Below are positions 48,320 through 57,495 of a stretch of DNA of 64,000 nucleotides, one piece after another. Every line of letters begins with the position of its first letter. Position 1 is the stretch's first letter. A model generated the notes under the pieces. The model made no database searches, was not told the origin of the DNA, and saw only the letters and a program-made list of their open reading frames with translations. Source of the DNA: a candidate division WWE3 bacterium GW2011_GWC2_41_23 (GTDB lineage Bacteria > Patescibacteriota > WWE3 > UBA101185 > UBA10185). The position numbers were made by a program, and so were the translations under genes. Location: contig LCBB01000001.1 of NCBI GenBank assembly GCA_000996895.1, positions 2,542 to 66,541 of the forward strand, given 5' to 3'.

Positions 48320-48335
48320 ACGAATAAAACCCGAA
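48320..48335 (-). promoter_or_regulatory. Candidate LexA direct-repeat box TTCGG-N6-TTCGT
   Basis: 4 bp upstream of the dinB operon start. Confidence 0.6.
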
Positions 48336-48396
48336 TATTAAGTAGAGTTTAGTGTGTAAAAATCAAACAGTCAACAAAGTATATAAATACTATAAG

Positions 48397-48425
48397 TTGA
48401 CAGAGGAGAAGAAACTAGATAAAAT
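48397..48425 (+). promoter_or_regulatory. Sigma70-type promoter
   Basis: TTGACA-N17-TAAAAT. Confidence 0.75.
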
Positions 48426-48458
48426 GGTGACAATAAACAACAATCAAAGGAGGAGAAA

Positions 48459-48818
48459 ATGCAAGACGATCTAAGCTCGATTCACGAAAAGCTTCAGAAG
48501 ATTCAGAAGTATTGTGACGAAAGAAAATCGGAGTGGGTAGGAAACCAGCAATCCGCGGATACTTTAATCAGACTTATCACGGATACTGTGGAAAACATTG
48601 CCCCGGGAAAAATACACGTGGAACGCATGGGAAGCCACACAAATAGTGGTGTTCCTGACTACCCGGTCGTTACTTTAACAGCCAGGGTTACAGCAAACTT
48701 CTTTCCCGTTGTGTCATGGAGGATTGACGCGGGAGGAACTTTTCCCCCACCAAACCTAAGTGTGGAAGATATTGTAAAACAGGTTAACGAGGGATTGAAA
48801 AATATTCGTCTGGATTAA
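48459..48818 (+). CDS. Hypothetical protein
   Basis: Own promoter, AAAGGAGG SD and terminator. Confidence 0.8.
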   Translation: MQDDLSSIHEKLQKIQKYCDERKSEWVGNQQSADTLIRLITDTVENIAPGKIHVERMGSHTNSGVPDYPVVTLTARVTANFFPVVSWRIDAGGTFPPPNLSVEDIVKQVNEGLKNIRLD

Positions 48819-48825
48819 CCAAATT

Positions 48826-48880
48826 GGCCTCAATGCATGGAAATCACAACAGATTTCTTATTGCACCGAGGCCTTTCTTT
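48826..48880 (+). terminator. Long bulged terminator hairpin
   Basis: GGCCTC..TGCA..GAAATC/GATTTC..TGCA..GAGGCC-TTTCTTTT. Confidence 0.7.
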
Positions 48881-49597
48881 TTAGTCTCTAGAAAACAAAC
48901 GCGCCAACCAACCGAACAATGAAAACCCACTTTCCTGTGCACTTAATTGGTTGTTTATAATCGTGTTTTGATTTTCAATTGAACCGGAAAGTGCGTCTAA
49001 AGCTTGTTGTTCTTCCGGGGTTAACGCCTCGTTTCGAACTTGTTGTATCTGCTCGAGCATCCTCGTATTGGCTTCAATAATTTCCTGAAGTTTTCTTATA
49101 GATTCAAGGTTAGGCCCTACCAAGAATTTAATAACACCGTCTCTTTCAGAGATTCTTTTAAATTGCTCCGTTGACTCTTCCTGTAAATCTTTTTGGGATT
49201 CGACAAAATTTTCTAACTCACCTTTTAAATCCTCATCTTCATCGTCAATTTCATCGCCATCCTCATCTTCATCCTCATCCTCATCAATATCGTCTAGCTC
49301 GTCATCGTCTTCAAGTTCGTCGGAATCATCGGAATCATCCTCATCAATATCGTCAATCTCATCGTCATCATCTGAACCATCGCTGTCTTCTGAATCTTCA
49401 TGTTCTTCTCGATCATCATCATCAGACAAAACACTAGCACGATTCTCGGCCAATGCTTTGGAAAGTCTGTAGGTACCATAAAAACTACCCGAAAAAACTA
49501 ACATCAAGCCAAGTACTAAAAGGAAGGAAATACTATATATAGATATTGAATTTTTGGATTTACTAGTCTGCATTTGAGAATTCTGGGTGATTTTCAT
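48881..49597 (-). CDS. Membrane-anchored protein with a D/E-rich tract
   Basis: TM, acidic run of about 65 residues, KFLVGP, GFSLFGWL. Confidence 0.8.
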   Translation of the reverse strand: MKITQNSQMQTSKSKNSISIYSISFLLVLGLMLVFSGSFYGTYRLSKALAENRASVLSDDDDREEHEDSEDSDGSDDDDEIDDIDEDDSDDSDELEDDDELDDIDEDEDEDEDGDEIDDEDEDLKGELENFVESQKDLQEESTEQFKRISERDGVIKFLVGPNLESIRKLQEIIEANTRMLEQIQQVRNEALTPEEQQALDALSGSIENQNTIINNQLSAQESGFSLFGWLARLFSRD

Positions 49598-49639
49598 CTA
49601 TGTGTCAAATTGCCAAAGTTTTGTTTTGTCAAAGCTTGC

Positions 49640-50845
49640 TTACTTTGTTAAAACTACTGCGTTTGGCAAACTTCTGCCCGGTCCGACAACATACTTGCCA
49701 CTTATATACATTGCAGACGAGCCGCCCCCGTCAAGATTTAATGCGTGTTTTGCGCCTAGCGACCTTATAACATAGGCAGCATCAATGACGTTGGCTCCGC
49801 TAACTATTGCCAGGTATAAATTTTCCCCTCCTACACCTATAACTCCCCTTGGACCTTTTATGTCTTTTTGGAAAGAAGTAAGATCATCTTCGTCGACCAC
49901 AATGTCCCCGTCTTTAACAAGTGACGGGTAGTTAGAAATTCCGGCAGTAACTCCTCCGCCGCCGTAATCGGAAGTTTCTCTATAAAAAGAAGGATCTCTT
50001 CCGTTAAATGTAATGAGCCCCGTCTCAAACCACGATAAGGCGTCTTTGTGCTCCCACTTACCCTCGTTGCTATCGTACAGGGCAAAATCGAAGGAGTTTA
50101 TCTTACCGTCACACGACGCATAGTCAGGCGGACAAAAATAGGATCCGTTCATTCCCGCAAATCCTCCGCTATCTTTGACGTAATCGGCAAGACTTTTGGT
50201 GTCACAGTCATTACTGCAGGAGCCGGATGAAGCTGAAACCGTTTTTACTTTTACTTCATTTAAAGGGAGTTTAATTACGTGTGCACCGAACGTACCTCTT
50301 TCTGTTTGCACGGTCTGATAACTATATCCGGACGCCGCTACTCTTGTTTGCTCCAGTTTCGTTAGATAAGCCGAGTAATCTTTATCTAAATCGGCGGTTT
50401 GTTCATTTATTCCCGTCGTTATAGAAGCAAAATCCTTCTCTATTAAAAAATCCCCCCATGCGTCCTTTTGTTCGGTAAGGTCGGGGGACTTCAGACCGGC
50501 TTTTAAGTTTCTGTTTATTTTTTGTTCGAGTACTAAAAGTGAATCGTACACATCTTTTATCGTTTTCTCATCGGAAGTATCTTTCGCTTTCAGTGTATCC
50601 AGTTCTTTTTGTAGAGATGCAAAAGAGGCTTCGGTGACCATGGCATTTGTAACTTTCAAGTGATCTTCAAACAGGGCGTCTGAAAAGTTTTCACGCAAGT
50701 TGGTTTGGGACGATTTAATAGCAGACAGTGATTTTTCAGTGCTGTCGAGTCGGAAATTTAAATATACTAGCCCCCCTACAAGAATCAAGGAAATTAATAA
50801 AAAACTCGGAAATTTTAACTTTTTAAAAATGGACAGTATCTTCAC
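49640..50845 (-). CDS. Phosphodiester glycosidase (NAGPA/DUF2233) family protein
   Basis: MNGSYF, PR...G, ALNLDGGGSS. Confidence 0.88.
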   Translation of the reverse strand: MKILSIFKKLKFPSFLLISLILVGGLVYLNFRLDSTEKSLSAIKSSQTNLRENFSDALFEDHLKVTNAMVTEASFASLQKELDTLKAKDTSDEKTIKDVYDSLLVLEQKINRNLKAGLKSPDLTEQKDAWGDFLIEKDFASITTGINEQTADLDKDYSAYLTKLEQTRVAASGYSYQTVQTERGTFGAHVIKLPLNEVKVKTVSASSGSCSNDCDTKSLADYVKDSGGFAGMNGSYFCPPDYASCDGKINSFDFALYDSNEGKWEHKDALSWFETGLITFNGRDPSFYRETSDYGGGGVTAGISNYPSLVKDGDIVVDEDDLTSFQKDIKGPRGVIGVGGENLYLAIVSGANVIDAAYVIRSLGAKHALNLDGGGSSAMYISGKYVVGPGRSLPNAVVLTK

Positions 50846-50891
50846 CCATCAAATTATAGCAACGGGCATGATTTCCTGTATATAATTAGGC

Positions 50892-52262
50892 ATGCCCGTC
50901 GAAACTTTAGAATCTTTAACTGAACAGGAACCGTCCTACGTACAACTTGTTGAGACATTGACCCCTGAACAAATAGAAACATCACGAGAAAAAGCCGGAA
51001 ATTACTTATATGAAAATGGTGCTCATTCCGCAGGTAAACGCGCAACTGACATACTATCCGTAGTCAAAGAAGCTTCCGATAAAATGCGCACGGAAAGTGC
51101 GGAAGCCAAGATAAAATTCACAGTTGCGAATGTGAGAGGCCTTATAGCGGAAATGATCAGTAAGAAGCTGGATCTTTCTGAGTGTGAAACTGTATTCAAA
51201 CTAAAAGAATTTTTACCCCAAAGCGTAGCCATTGATCCATACGACCATTATATAGATATGGGCGGTTTGAGAAAGGACGCCATTCTTGTAAACAATTTTT
51301 TTGAGACCGGGGTACAGGATACTCTTCCCAAAGAAGGCGAGTCGGGTTACATAACCCCGGATGAATTAAACACATTGAAAAAAGACACTATAACAGCTCT
51401 TGTTGATTACGAAAATATTGAAAAAAGGATGAACGTGAAAAATACCGGTAGGGACCAGTTAATAAGGTGGCACATCCAAAATCATGGTCATTATCTGGGT
51501 GGTAAAAAAACTAAAACACAAAATAAATTGTTATCTGATGCGCTCTCTGTTACGGATAGGCGTGATACCACAACTCTTAAAACTCTCATCGAAAACCATG
51601 CCGAACCCGCATACGTTGCTACAACTCTTCCGGATGAGTTCTTAGAAGACGCCGAAGGTAAAATAATAGGAGTAATCGAGGTAAAAGCTTATACGCCCTC
51701 TGAGGTAAAAGATTGGATAAATGCTCTCAAATTAAGCACCGTGCAGGAATTTAACACTTTTGGACTTTCAGAACAGGAAAAAAGCGACAGGGCGGCCGAT
51801 GCAGCTCTTTACGACAGAAGAGGCTCTCAGGTAAATATATTAGGTAAAGATATGAACCCTACAGGAATGAGGTTAGGCGTAAATTTTGAAGGCCTTAGGT
51901 ATTTTATAAACGTAGCGAATAACGAAGCGCCTCACTCGGCATTAAAAGTTAACGTAGATTTAATAAACGACGAAACAGCGGAGGTAGTTCAAAAAGAGAT
52001 AGACCTTGAATATCCGGTCATAGTCCGTCTTCCGCAGGACATACCGAACGAAGATATACTGGAGCTCGGTGCCGTTCTGGAGAAACTGAGTATTTCTAAC
52101 ATCGCCATTCAAAAACTGCCTTTCACCTCGCAGGAAATAAACGAAAAAGGATTCGGCGTATATCACCGATTCGGGGATACCAAAGAAATGGAAAGATTGA
52201 AAAGAAGTATTGATCCGAACGTTACTTTCGCGTTAAACCGCAGACCCGCCTGGGTGGAATAA
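50892..52262 (+). CDS. Hypothetical protein with a PD-(D/E)xK-like motif
   Basis: LPDEF...IIGVIEVK. Confidence 0.7.
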   Translation: MPVETLESLTEQEPSYVQLVETLTPEQIETSREKAGNYLYENGAHSAGKRATDILSVVKEASDKMRTESAEAKIKFTVANVRGLIAEMISKKLDLSECETVFKLKEFLPQSVAIDPYDHYIDMGGLRKDAILVNNFFETGVQDTLPKEGESGYITPDELNTLKKDTITALVDYENIEKRMNVKNTGRDQLIRWHIQNHGHYLGGKKTKTQNKLLSDALSVTDRRDTTTLKTLIENHAEPAYVATTLPDEFLEDAEGKIIGVIEVKAYTPSEVKDWINALKLSTVQEFNTFGLSEQEKSDRAADAALYDRRGSQVNILGKDMNPTGMRLGVNFEGLRYFINVANNEAPHSALKVNVDLINDETAEVVQKEIDLEYPVIVRLPQDIPNEDILELGAVLEKLSISNIAIQKLPFTSQEINEKGFGVYHRFGDTKEMERLKRSIDPNVTFALNRRPAWVE

Positions 52263-52293
52263 TTCTCATTAAGCCTCAGCTAATTCTCAGTAA
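52263..52293 (+). promoter_or_regulatory. Tandem CTCA boxes, probable response-regulator site
   Basis: CTCAG-N2-AATTCTCAGTAA, repeated at 54006-54024. Confidence 0.65.
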
Positions 52294-52312
52294 AAAGTCT
52301 ATAATGCCGTAT

Positions 52313-52993
52313 ATGCGCTTACTTGTAGTAGAAGACGAGCATAAAATCGCCAATTCAATTAAGAAGGGCTTGGAGCAGGAAACCTACTCTGTTGATGTTT
52401 CTTATGACGGTTCAGATGGTTATGACCTTGCCTCTACAGAAGAGTACGACGCAATCGTGCTTGATCTGATGCTACCTGGGATGAACGGTCTTGAAATATG
52501 TCAAAAACTAAGAGAACAAAAAATTCACACGCCGATACTTATGCTGACCGCAAAAAGTGAGCTTGAAGATAAAATCTCAGGATTGAACAACGGAGCCGAT
52601 GACTATTTAACAAAACCGTTCGCCTTCGAAGAACTCTTGGCAAGAATTAGGGCTTTACTAAGACGCCCGTCTGCAACTCTACAAACAATCTTAAAATTTC
52701 AGGATTTAACTCTCGACACCACCAACTTTGATGTAATCAGAAACAAAACTAAAATTGTCCTTTCTAAAAAAGAGTTTTCACTTTTAGAGTATTTGATGCG
52801 TAATCCGGGAAAGGTTCTTACAAAAGAAAATCTTGCAAATCATGTTTGGGATTATGACTCGGATATTCTTCCGAATACAATCGAGCAGTACGTGGGATAT
52901 CTGAGAAATAAAATTGATAAACCGTTTCCAAACAAAAAACCGTTAATTAACACTGTAAGAGGTTTTGGTTATAAACTGGGAACTGATAACTAA
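52313..52993 (+). CDS. OmpR-family response regulator
   Basis: VVEDE, LDLMLP, GADDYLTKPF, TVRGFGY. Confidence 0.95.
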   Translation: MRLLVVEDEHKIANSIKKGLEQETYSVDVSYDGSDGYDLASTEEYDAIVLDLMLPGMNGLEICQKLREQKIHTPILMLTAKSELEDKISGLNNGADDYLTKPFAFEELLARIRALLRRPSATLQTILKFQDLTLDTTNFDVIRNKTKIVLSKKEFSLLEYLMRNPGKVLTKENLANHVWDYDSDILPNTIEQYVGYLRNKIDKPFPNKKPLINTVRGFGYKLGTDN

Positions 52994-54024
52994 TGTTTAA
53001 ACAAGCAAGGATAAAACTCACTTTGTGGTACGTGGCTATTTTGATGGTAGTAACGGTAAGTTTTAGCTTTTTTGTTTATGCAAGCGTCGACAGCGTAACT
53101 TCAAGAGCGCTGGAAAGCCAGAAACTAAGAATAGAGCGCCAGTACAATAACAATTGGGGTATGAACCGGATGACCCCGCCCCCTCTTCCCCATTTTAACA
53201 CCGAAACATTGATGGAAATACGTCAGAAGACTGTGAACTTGCTAATCGTTCTGAACATAACGATACTTTTTCTATCCGCAGCTCTTTCCTACTTTCTTGC
53301 CGGAAAAACTCTAAAACCGATTGAGGAAACGGTAAAAAAACAGAAAAGATTTATTTCCGATGCTGCTCACGAAATAAAAACTCCCTTAACAGCTATGAAA
53401 ACGGAGTTAGAAGTTACAATACGAGACAAAAACTTTAAAAATGAGGAAGTTAAAGAAACTTTAAAAAACTCAATTGAAGAGGTCGACAAACTCAACGAAC
53501 TGACAGAACGTCTACTCACTTTAAGTAAATATCAAGCGCTAAACGGGACCGGAAAAAAAGAAAAACTAAACCTTAAGGAATTGCTCTCAAAAATTGTTAC
53601 TAAATATAATAAGGTCGCTAAAAGTAAGGGCTTTGAAATAGAATTTTTACCGGCTGATGCTTCTATTTTAGGATCTCGCGAAGAAATTGACAGACTGTTC
53701 GGTAATTTAATGGACAACGCAGTTAAATATAACTCGGGTAAGAAAAACGTTGAAGTAGAAATGGTTACAAAATCAGGACACGCTGCTGTACGTGTTTCAA
53801 ACGAAAGCCCGGAGATAAAAGAAAAGGACACCTCTCTCATTTTTGAACCTTTCTATAGAGCTGAAGAATCAAGGAATAAACACCGCGCGGGTGGCGTCGG
53901 ATTAGGACTTTCTATTGTCAAAGAAATCGTCTTAGGGCACAAAGGCAAAATAGAAGTTAGGAATGAAAGAGAAAATGTGGTTTCTTTTGTAGTTACTCTG
54001 CCCCTCTCAGACAATTCTCAGTAA
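52993..54024 (+). CDS. Sensor histidine kinase
   Basis: HEIKTPL, NLMDNAVKY, FEPFYR, GLGLSI. Confidence 0.95.
   Translation: MFKQARIKLTLWYVAILMVVTVSFSFFVYASVDSVTSRALESQKLRIERQYNNNWGMNRMTPPPLPHFNTETLMEIRQKTVNLLIVLNITILFLSAALSYFLAGKTLKPIEETVKKQKRFISDAAHEIKTPLTAMKTELEVTIRDKNFKNEEVKETLKNSIEEVDKLNELTERLLTLSKYQALNGTGKKEKLNLKELLSKIVTKYNKVAKSKGFEIEFLPADASILGSREEIDRLFGNLMDNAVKYNSGKKNVEVEMVTKSGHAAVRVSNESPEIKEKDTSLIFEPFYRAEESRNKHRAGGVGLGLSIVKEIVLGHKGKIEVRNERENVVSFVVTLPLSDNSQ
54006..54024 (+). promoter_or_regulatory. Second response-regulator box, upstream of the efflux genes
   Basis: CTCAG-AC-AATTCTCAGTAA. Confidence 0.6.
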
Positions 54025-54043
54025 TTTATATTAATTTTTTAAA

Positions 54044-55276
54044 ATGAGCAAAGCTATGAAATACATCAAACAACATAAAATTGTTTTCGCACTTATCTTG
54101 TTAATTCCTATAATTATTTTCACAGGCCAATATTATTTAAATAAAAGCTCGGTGGAAATCTCGTCTTCTCAACAAATACAAACAGAGGTGAAAAAAGGAA
54201 ATATCAGTTCTACTGTTTCAGCTTCAGGTCAAATAGAAACAGCAAATTATTTGGCTATCACAACCAGCGTCAACGGTATAGTCAAGAAAGTTTATGTTAA
54301 AGAGGGCGACATAGTTAAAAAGGGTCAAAAAATAATTGAAGTTACATTGGACTCGGAGGGAGAGATAAGTTTAGCAAACGCCTACGCCTCCTATCTAAGG
54401 GCTAAGAACGCTTTAGACTCTGCAAAAAACTCACTCATTCCCCTTGAATCGGCTGTTATTCAAAAAGAAGAGGCGTTTGATACTGAGAAAGAAGAAAATA
54501 GCTATCAGTCCCACGATGAGAGAATTTCTTATAAATTAGCCGAAAACGACTATTTTACCGCTAAGAATAACTATGAATCCAAAAAAAACGAACTTACTCA
54601 ATTACAAATTTCGGCAAACAGTGCCTGGAATGAATACCAGTCGCAATCTCCTGTAATTACGGCAAGTTACGACGGTTATATTGCGAACATTGTTGCAGTG
54701 GAAGGTACCAGAATCGAGAACTCTGTGTCCGAAAGATCAGTACAAACTGTAGCCTCGATAAAAATCGAAGGAACCCCGATTGCTGTACTGAACATAACCG
54801 AACTCGATATAAACAATATCAAAGTAGGCCAAAAGGCAAAAATATTACTAAACAGCGTACGAGATGAGACTTTCACCGGTACCGTTGTCGGAATCGATAA
54901 AATAGGCTCTCTCACAGGCGGAGTTTCAAACTACCCGGTAATCATTAAATTCGATCAAAACACTGATAAAGCACTACCCAACATGGGCGTGGAGGCAGAC
55001 ATTATTTTGGAAAGCAAAGAAGGGATTTTGTATGTTCCTACCGCAGCTGTGAAATCTACGAAAAACGGAAAAGCGGTCACTGTAGTGGCAAACGGACAAC
55101 AAATTAATACTGCCGTAAAAACCGGTATTTCAGATTCCTCTAATACAGAAATACTAGAAGGTTTAAATGAAGGCGACGTTGTTTTAATGGAAACCTTACC
55201 CACCTCCGGGTTTTCCACAAATAGTCAGGTACAGTTTAGAGGTGTCGGAGGAGTCGTCCCTTTCGGAGGAAGATAA
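54044..55276 (+). CDS. Efflux membrane-fusion (MacA-like) protein
   Basis: VKEGDIVKKGQ, ITASYDG, EILEGLNEGD. Confidence 0.9.
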   Translation: MSKAMKYIKQHKIVFALILLIPIIIFTGQYYLNKSSVEISSSQQIQTEVKKGNISSTVSASGQIETANYLAITTSVNGIVKKVYVKEGDIVKKGQKIIEVTLDSEGEISLANAYASYLRAKNALDSAKNSLIPLESAVIQKEEAFDTEKEENSYQSHDERISYKLAENDYFTAKNNYESKKNELTQLQISANSAWNEYQSQSPVITASYDGYIANIVAVEGTRIENSVSERSVQTVASIKIEGTPIAVLNITELDINNIKVGQKAKILLNSVRDETFTGTVVGIDKIGSLTGGVSNYPVIIKFDQNTDKALPNMGVEADIILESKEGILYVPTAAVKSTKNGKAVTVVANGQQINTAVKTGISDSSNTEILEGLNEGDVVLMETLPTSGFSTNSQVQFRGVGGVVPFGGR

Positions 55277-55957
55277 GTGATAAGAGTTAAGGACGTAACA
55301 AAAGTATACGAAAATGACGGTACCGTAACCGAAGCCTTATCGGGAGTGACGTTTAACGTAGATAGGGGTGAGTTTGTTGCAATAGTAGGCCCCTCTGGTT
55401 CCGGAAAATCCACGCTGATGCACATTCTGGGAGCTTTAGACATTCCGACATCGGGAGAATACATATTAAACGACAGCGTGGTTCAAAACCTTTCTGACGA
55501 CAGACTTGCCGAAATCAGAAACAACGAAATCGGCTTTATATTTCAGTCCTATAACTTACTTCCCCGTATGTCTGCACTAAAAAACGTTATTTTACCCATG
55601 ATGTACGCCGGAATCGGCAAAGCCGAGAGAACAAAACGCGCCATGGAAGTGCTGAAAGAACTGGATCTTGAAGATAAAATTAACAATGCACCGAATCAAC
55701 TTTCAGGCGGCCAAAGACAGCGCGTAGCAATAGCACGGGCTTTAACAATGAACCCTAGTATTTTATTGGCAGACGAACCGACCGGCAACTTACCCACTCT
55801 GCAAAGTGACGAAATAATTTCCCTATTTGAAAAATTAAATAAAAGTGGAAGGACAGTTTTAATTATTACTCATAACGATGAGATAGCCGCAAGAGCGCAA
55901 AGGGTTATTACTTTAGTAGACGGAAAAATTGTAAAAGATGAAAGGAAGCGCAAATGA
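55277..55957 (+). CDS. ABC ATP-binding protein
   Basis: [24 protein letters not shown]. Confidence 0.95.
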   Translation: MIRVKDVTKVYENDGTVTEALSGVTFNVDRGEFVAIVGPSGSGKSTLMHILGALDIPTSGEYILNDSVVQNLSDDRLAEIRNNEIGFIFQSYNLLPRMSALKNVILPMMYAGIGKAERTKRAMEVLKELDLEDKINNAPNQLSGGQRQRVAIARALTMNPSILLADEPTGNLPTLQSDEIISLFEKLNKSGRTVLIITHNDEIAARAQRVITLVDGKIVKDERKRK

Positions 55958-57177
55958 CTTTTCTAGAAACACTGGAAGAAAGCGTTTCAGTATTAAAAGT
56001 AAATAGAATGAGAACTTTGCTATCCATTCTTGGCATCGTTATAGGTATCGGTTCCGTGATAGCACTTATGACACTGGGAGAAGCAACGCAGCGTTCTATT
56101 ACAGATAGAATCCAATCTCTCGGGGCCAATTTATTAACAATAAGGCCAGGAAGTCAACAGCAAGGATTTCTAAAAATGAACTCAACCGAAAACACGTCAC
56201 TTAAATTTGACGACGCTTTAGCCATTCAAGAGTCACCGCGTATTACTACTGTTTCCGACGTGTCTGCCGAATATAGCTCAAGATCACAGGTCTCGTTTGA
56301 AAGAAATAATACAAACGTTCAGGTTACAGGGGTTTCCGGAAATTATTTCGAAATAAGAAATATTAGTATTGAAATAGGTAGTTCTTTCGGACCGTCAGCC
56401 AGCGACAATTATGAAAAAGTCGCTGTATTAGGCCCGACGGTAGTTGAAGATTTGTTCGGAGAAAACGCAAACCCGATAGGGCAAAGCGTTAGAATAGGAA
56501 GTTCTACGTTCAAAGTTGTGGGTGTTACAAAATCCAGCGGAACCGGAGGATTTAGCGGGTCGGATGAGGCAGTATATGTTCCTCTCACTGTTGCCCAGGA
56601 CATAATTTTTGGAAAAGATTATGTGAGCGCTGTATATGTTGTGGCAAAAGATCAAACCGTAATTGACGCGGCTCTTAACCAAGTCGGGTTTTTCTTGTTG
56701 GAAAGACATAGTAAAGAAAATGTTGAAGATGCCGATTTCTCGATAACATCTCAAGAACAAATTATTGAAACAGTCAGCGAAGTAACCGGAACTTTTACTA
56801 CCTTACTCACAGGAATTGCCGCAATTTCGTTGGTCGTGGGTGGTATTGGAATTATGAACATAATGCTTGTCACGGTTACCGAGAGAACTCGTGAGATAGG
56901 GTTGAGAAAGTCGCTCGGGGCCAAAAGAAAAGCAATAGTAATGCAATTTCTGACCGAATCGATAATTCTGACAATCATAGGGGGATTAATAGGCGTTTTA
57001 ATCGGCCTTGGTGTTTCCATGATTATTACCTCGAAGATGTCTCTCCCGACAACGATATCCGTGGGTTCGATATTTTTATCCGTAGGAGTTGCCACGGTTA
57101 TCGGAATTTTATTTGGTTGGTATCCTGCAAGAAAAGCTTCAAAATTGCAACCTATCGAGGCTTTAAGGTATGAATAA
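55954..57177 (+). CDS. MacB/FtsX-family ABC permease
   Basis: GGIGIMNIMLVTVTERTREIGLRK. Confidence 0.93.
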   Translation: MTFLETLEESVSVLKVNRMRTLLSILGIVIGIGSVIALMTLGEATQRSITDRIQSLGANLLTIRPGSQQQGFLKMNSTENTSLKFDDALAIQESPRITTVSDVSAEYSSRSQVSFERNNTNVQVTGVSGNYFEIRNISIEIGSSFGPSASDNYEKVAVLGPTVVEDLFGENANPIGQSVRIGSSTFKVVGVTKSSGTGGFSGSDEAVYVPLTVAQDIIFGKDYVSAVYVVAKDQTVIDAALNQVGFFLLERHSKENVEDADFSITSQEQIIETVSEVTGTFTTLLTGIAAISLVVGGIGIMNIMLVTVTERTREIGLRKSLGAKRKAIVMQFLTESIILTIIGGLIGVLIGLGVSMIITSKMSLPTTISVGSIFLSVGVATVIGILFGWYPARKASKLQPIEALRYE

Positions 57178-57193
57178 AATTTTAGGAGTAAAT

Positions 57194-57400
57194 ATGGACA
57201 AAAAAATGTTGTTAATTATAGGCTGCGCGGTAATTATTTCGGGATTACTTGGTTTCTACGGGGGAAGATACTACGAACAAACTCGCCTTAGAAGCAGATT
57301 TAAATCAATGCCTGGTACAATGCGTCAGGACGGTTCCGGTATTTCTTCTGGAGGGGGCACCAGACTTGACCATATTCCCGGACAAGGTTCTGGATTCTAA
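57194..57400 (+). CDS. Small membrane-anchored protein
   Basis: AGGAG SD; TM with GFYGG. Confidence 0.6.
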   Translation: MDKKMLLIIGCAVIISGLLGFYGGRYYEQTRLRSRFKSMPGTMRQDGSGISSGGGTRLDHIPGQGSGF

Positions 57401-57495
57401 CAGGCTTATCAAACTAATAGTGTGCAACCTCGCGAGTATTTTGGCTACTATTTTTTAACATAACCTCCAATAGCGTGTATAATGAGCAGTTGCCT

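Noticed and set aside
49171-49437. His-rich plus-strand ORF
   Set aside because: Antisense of the Asp/Glu codon run in 48881-49597.
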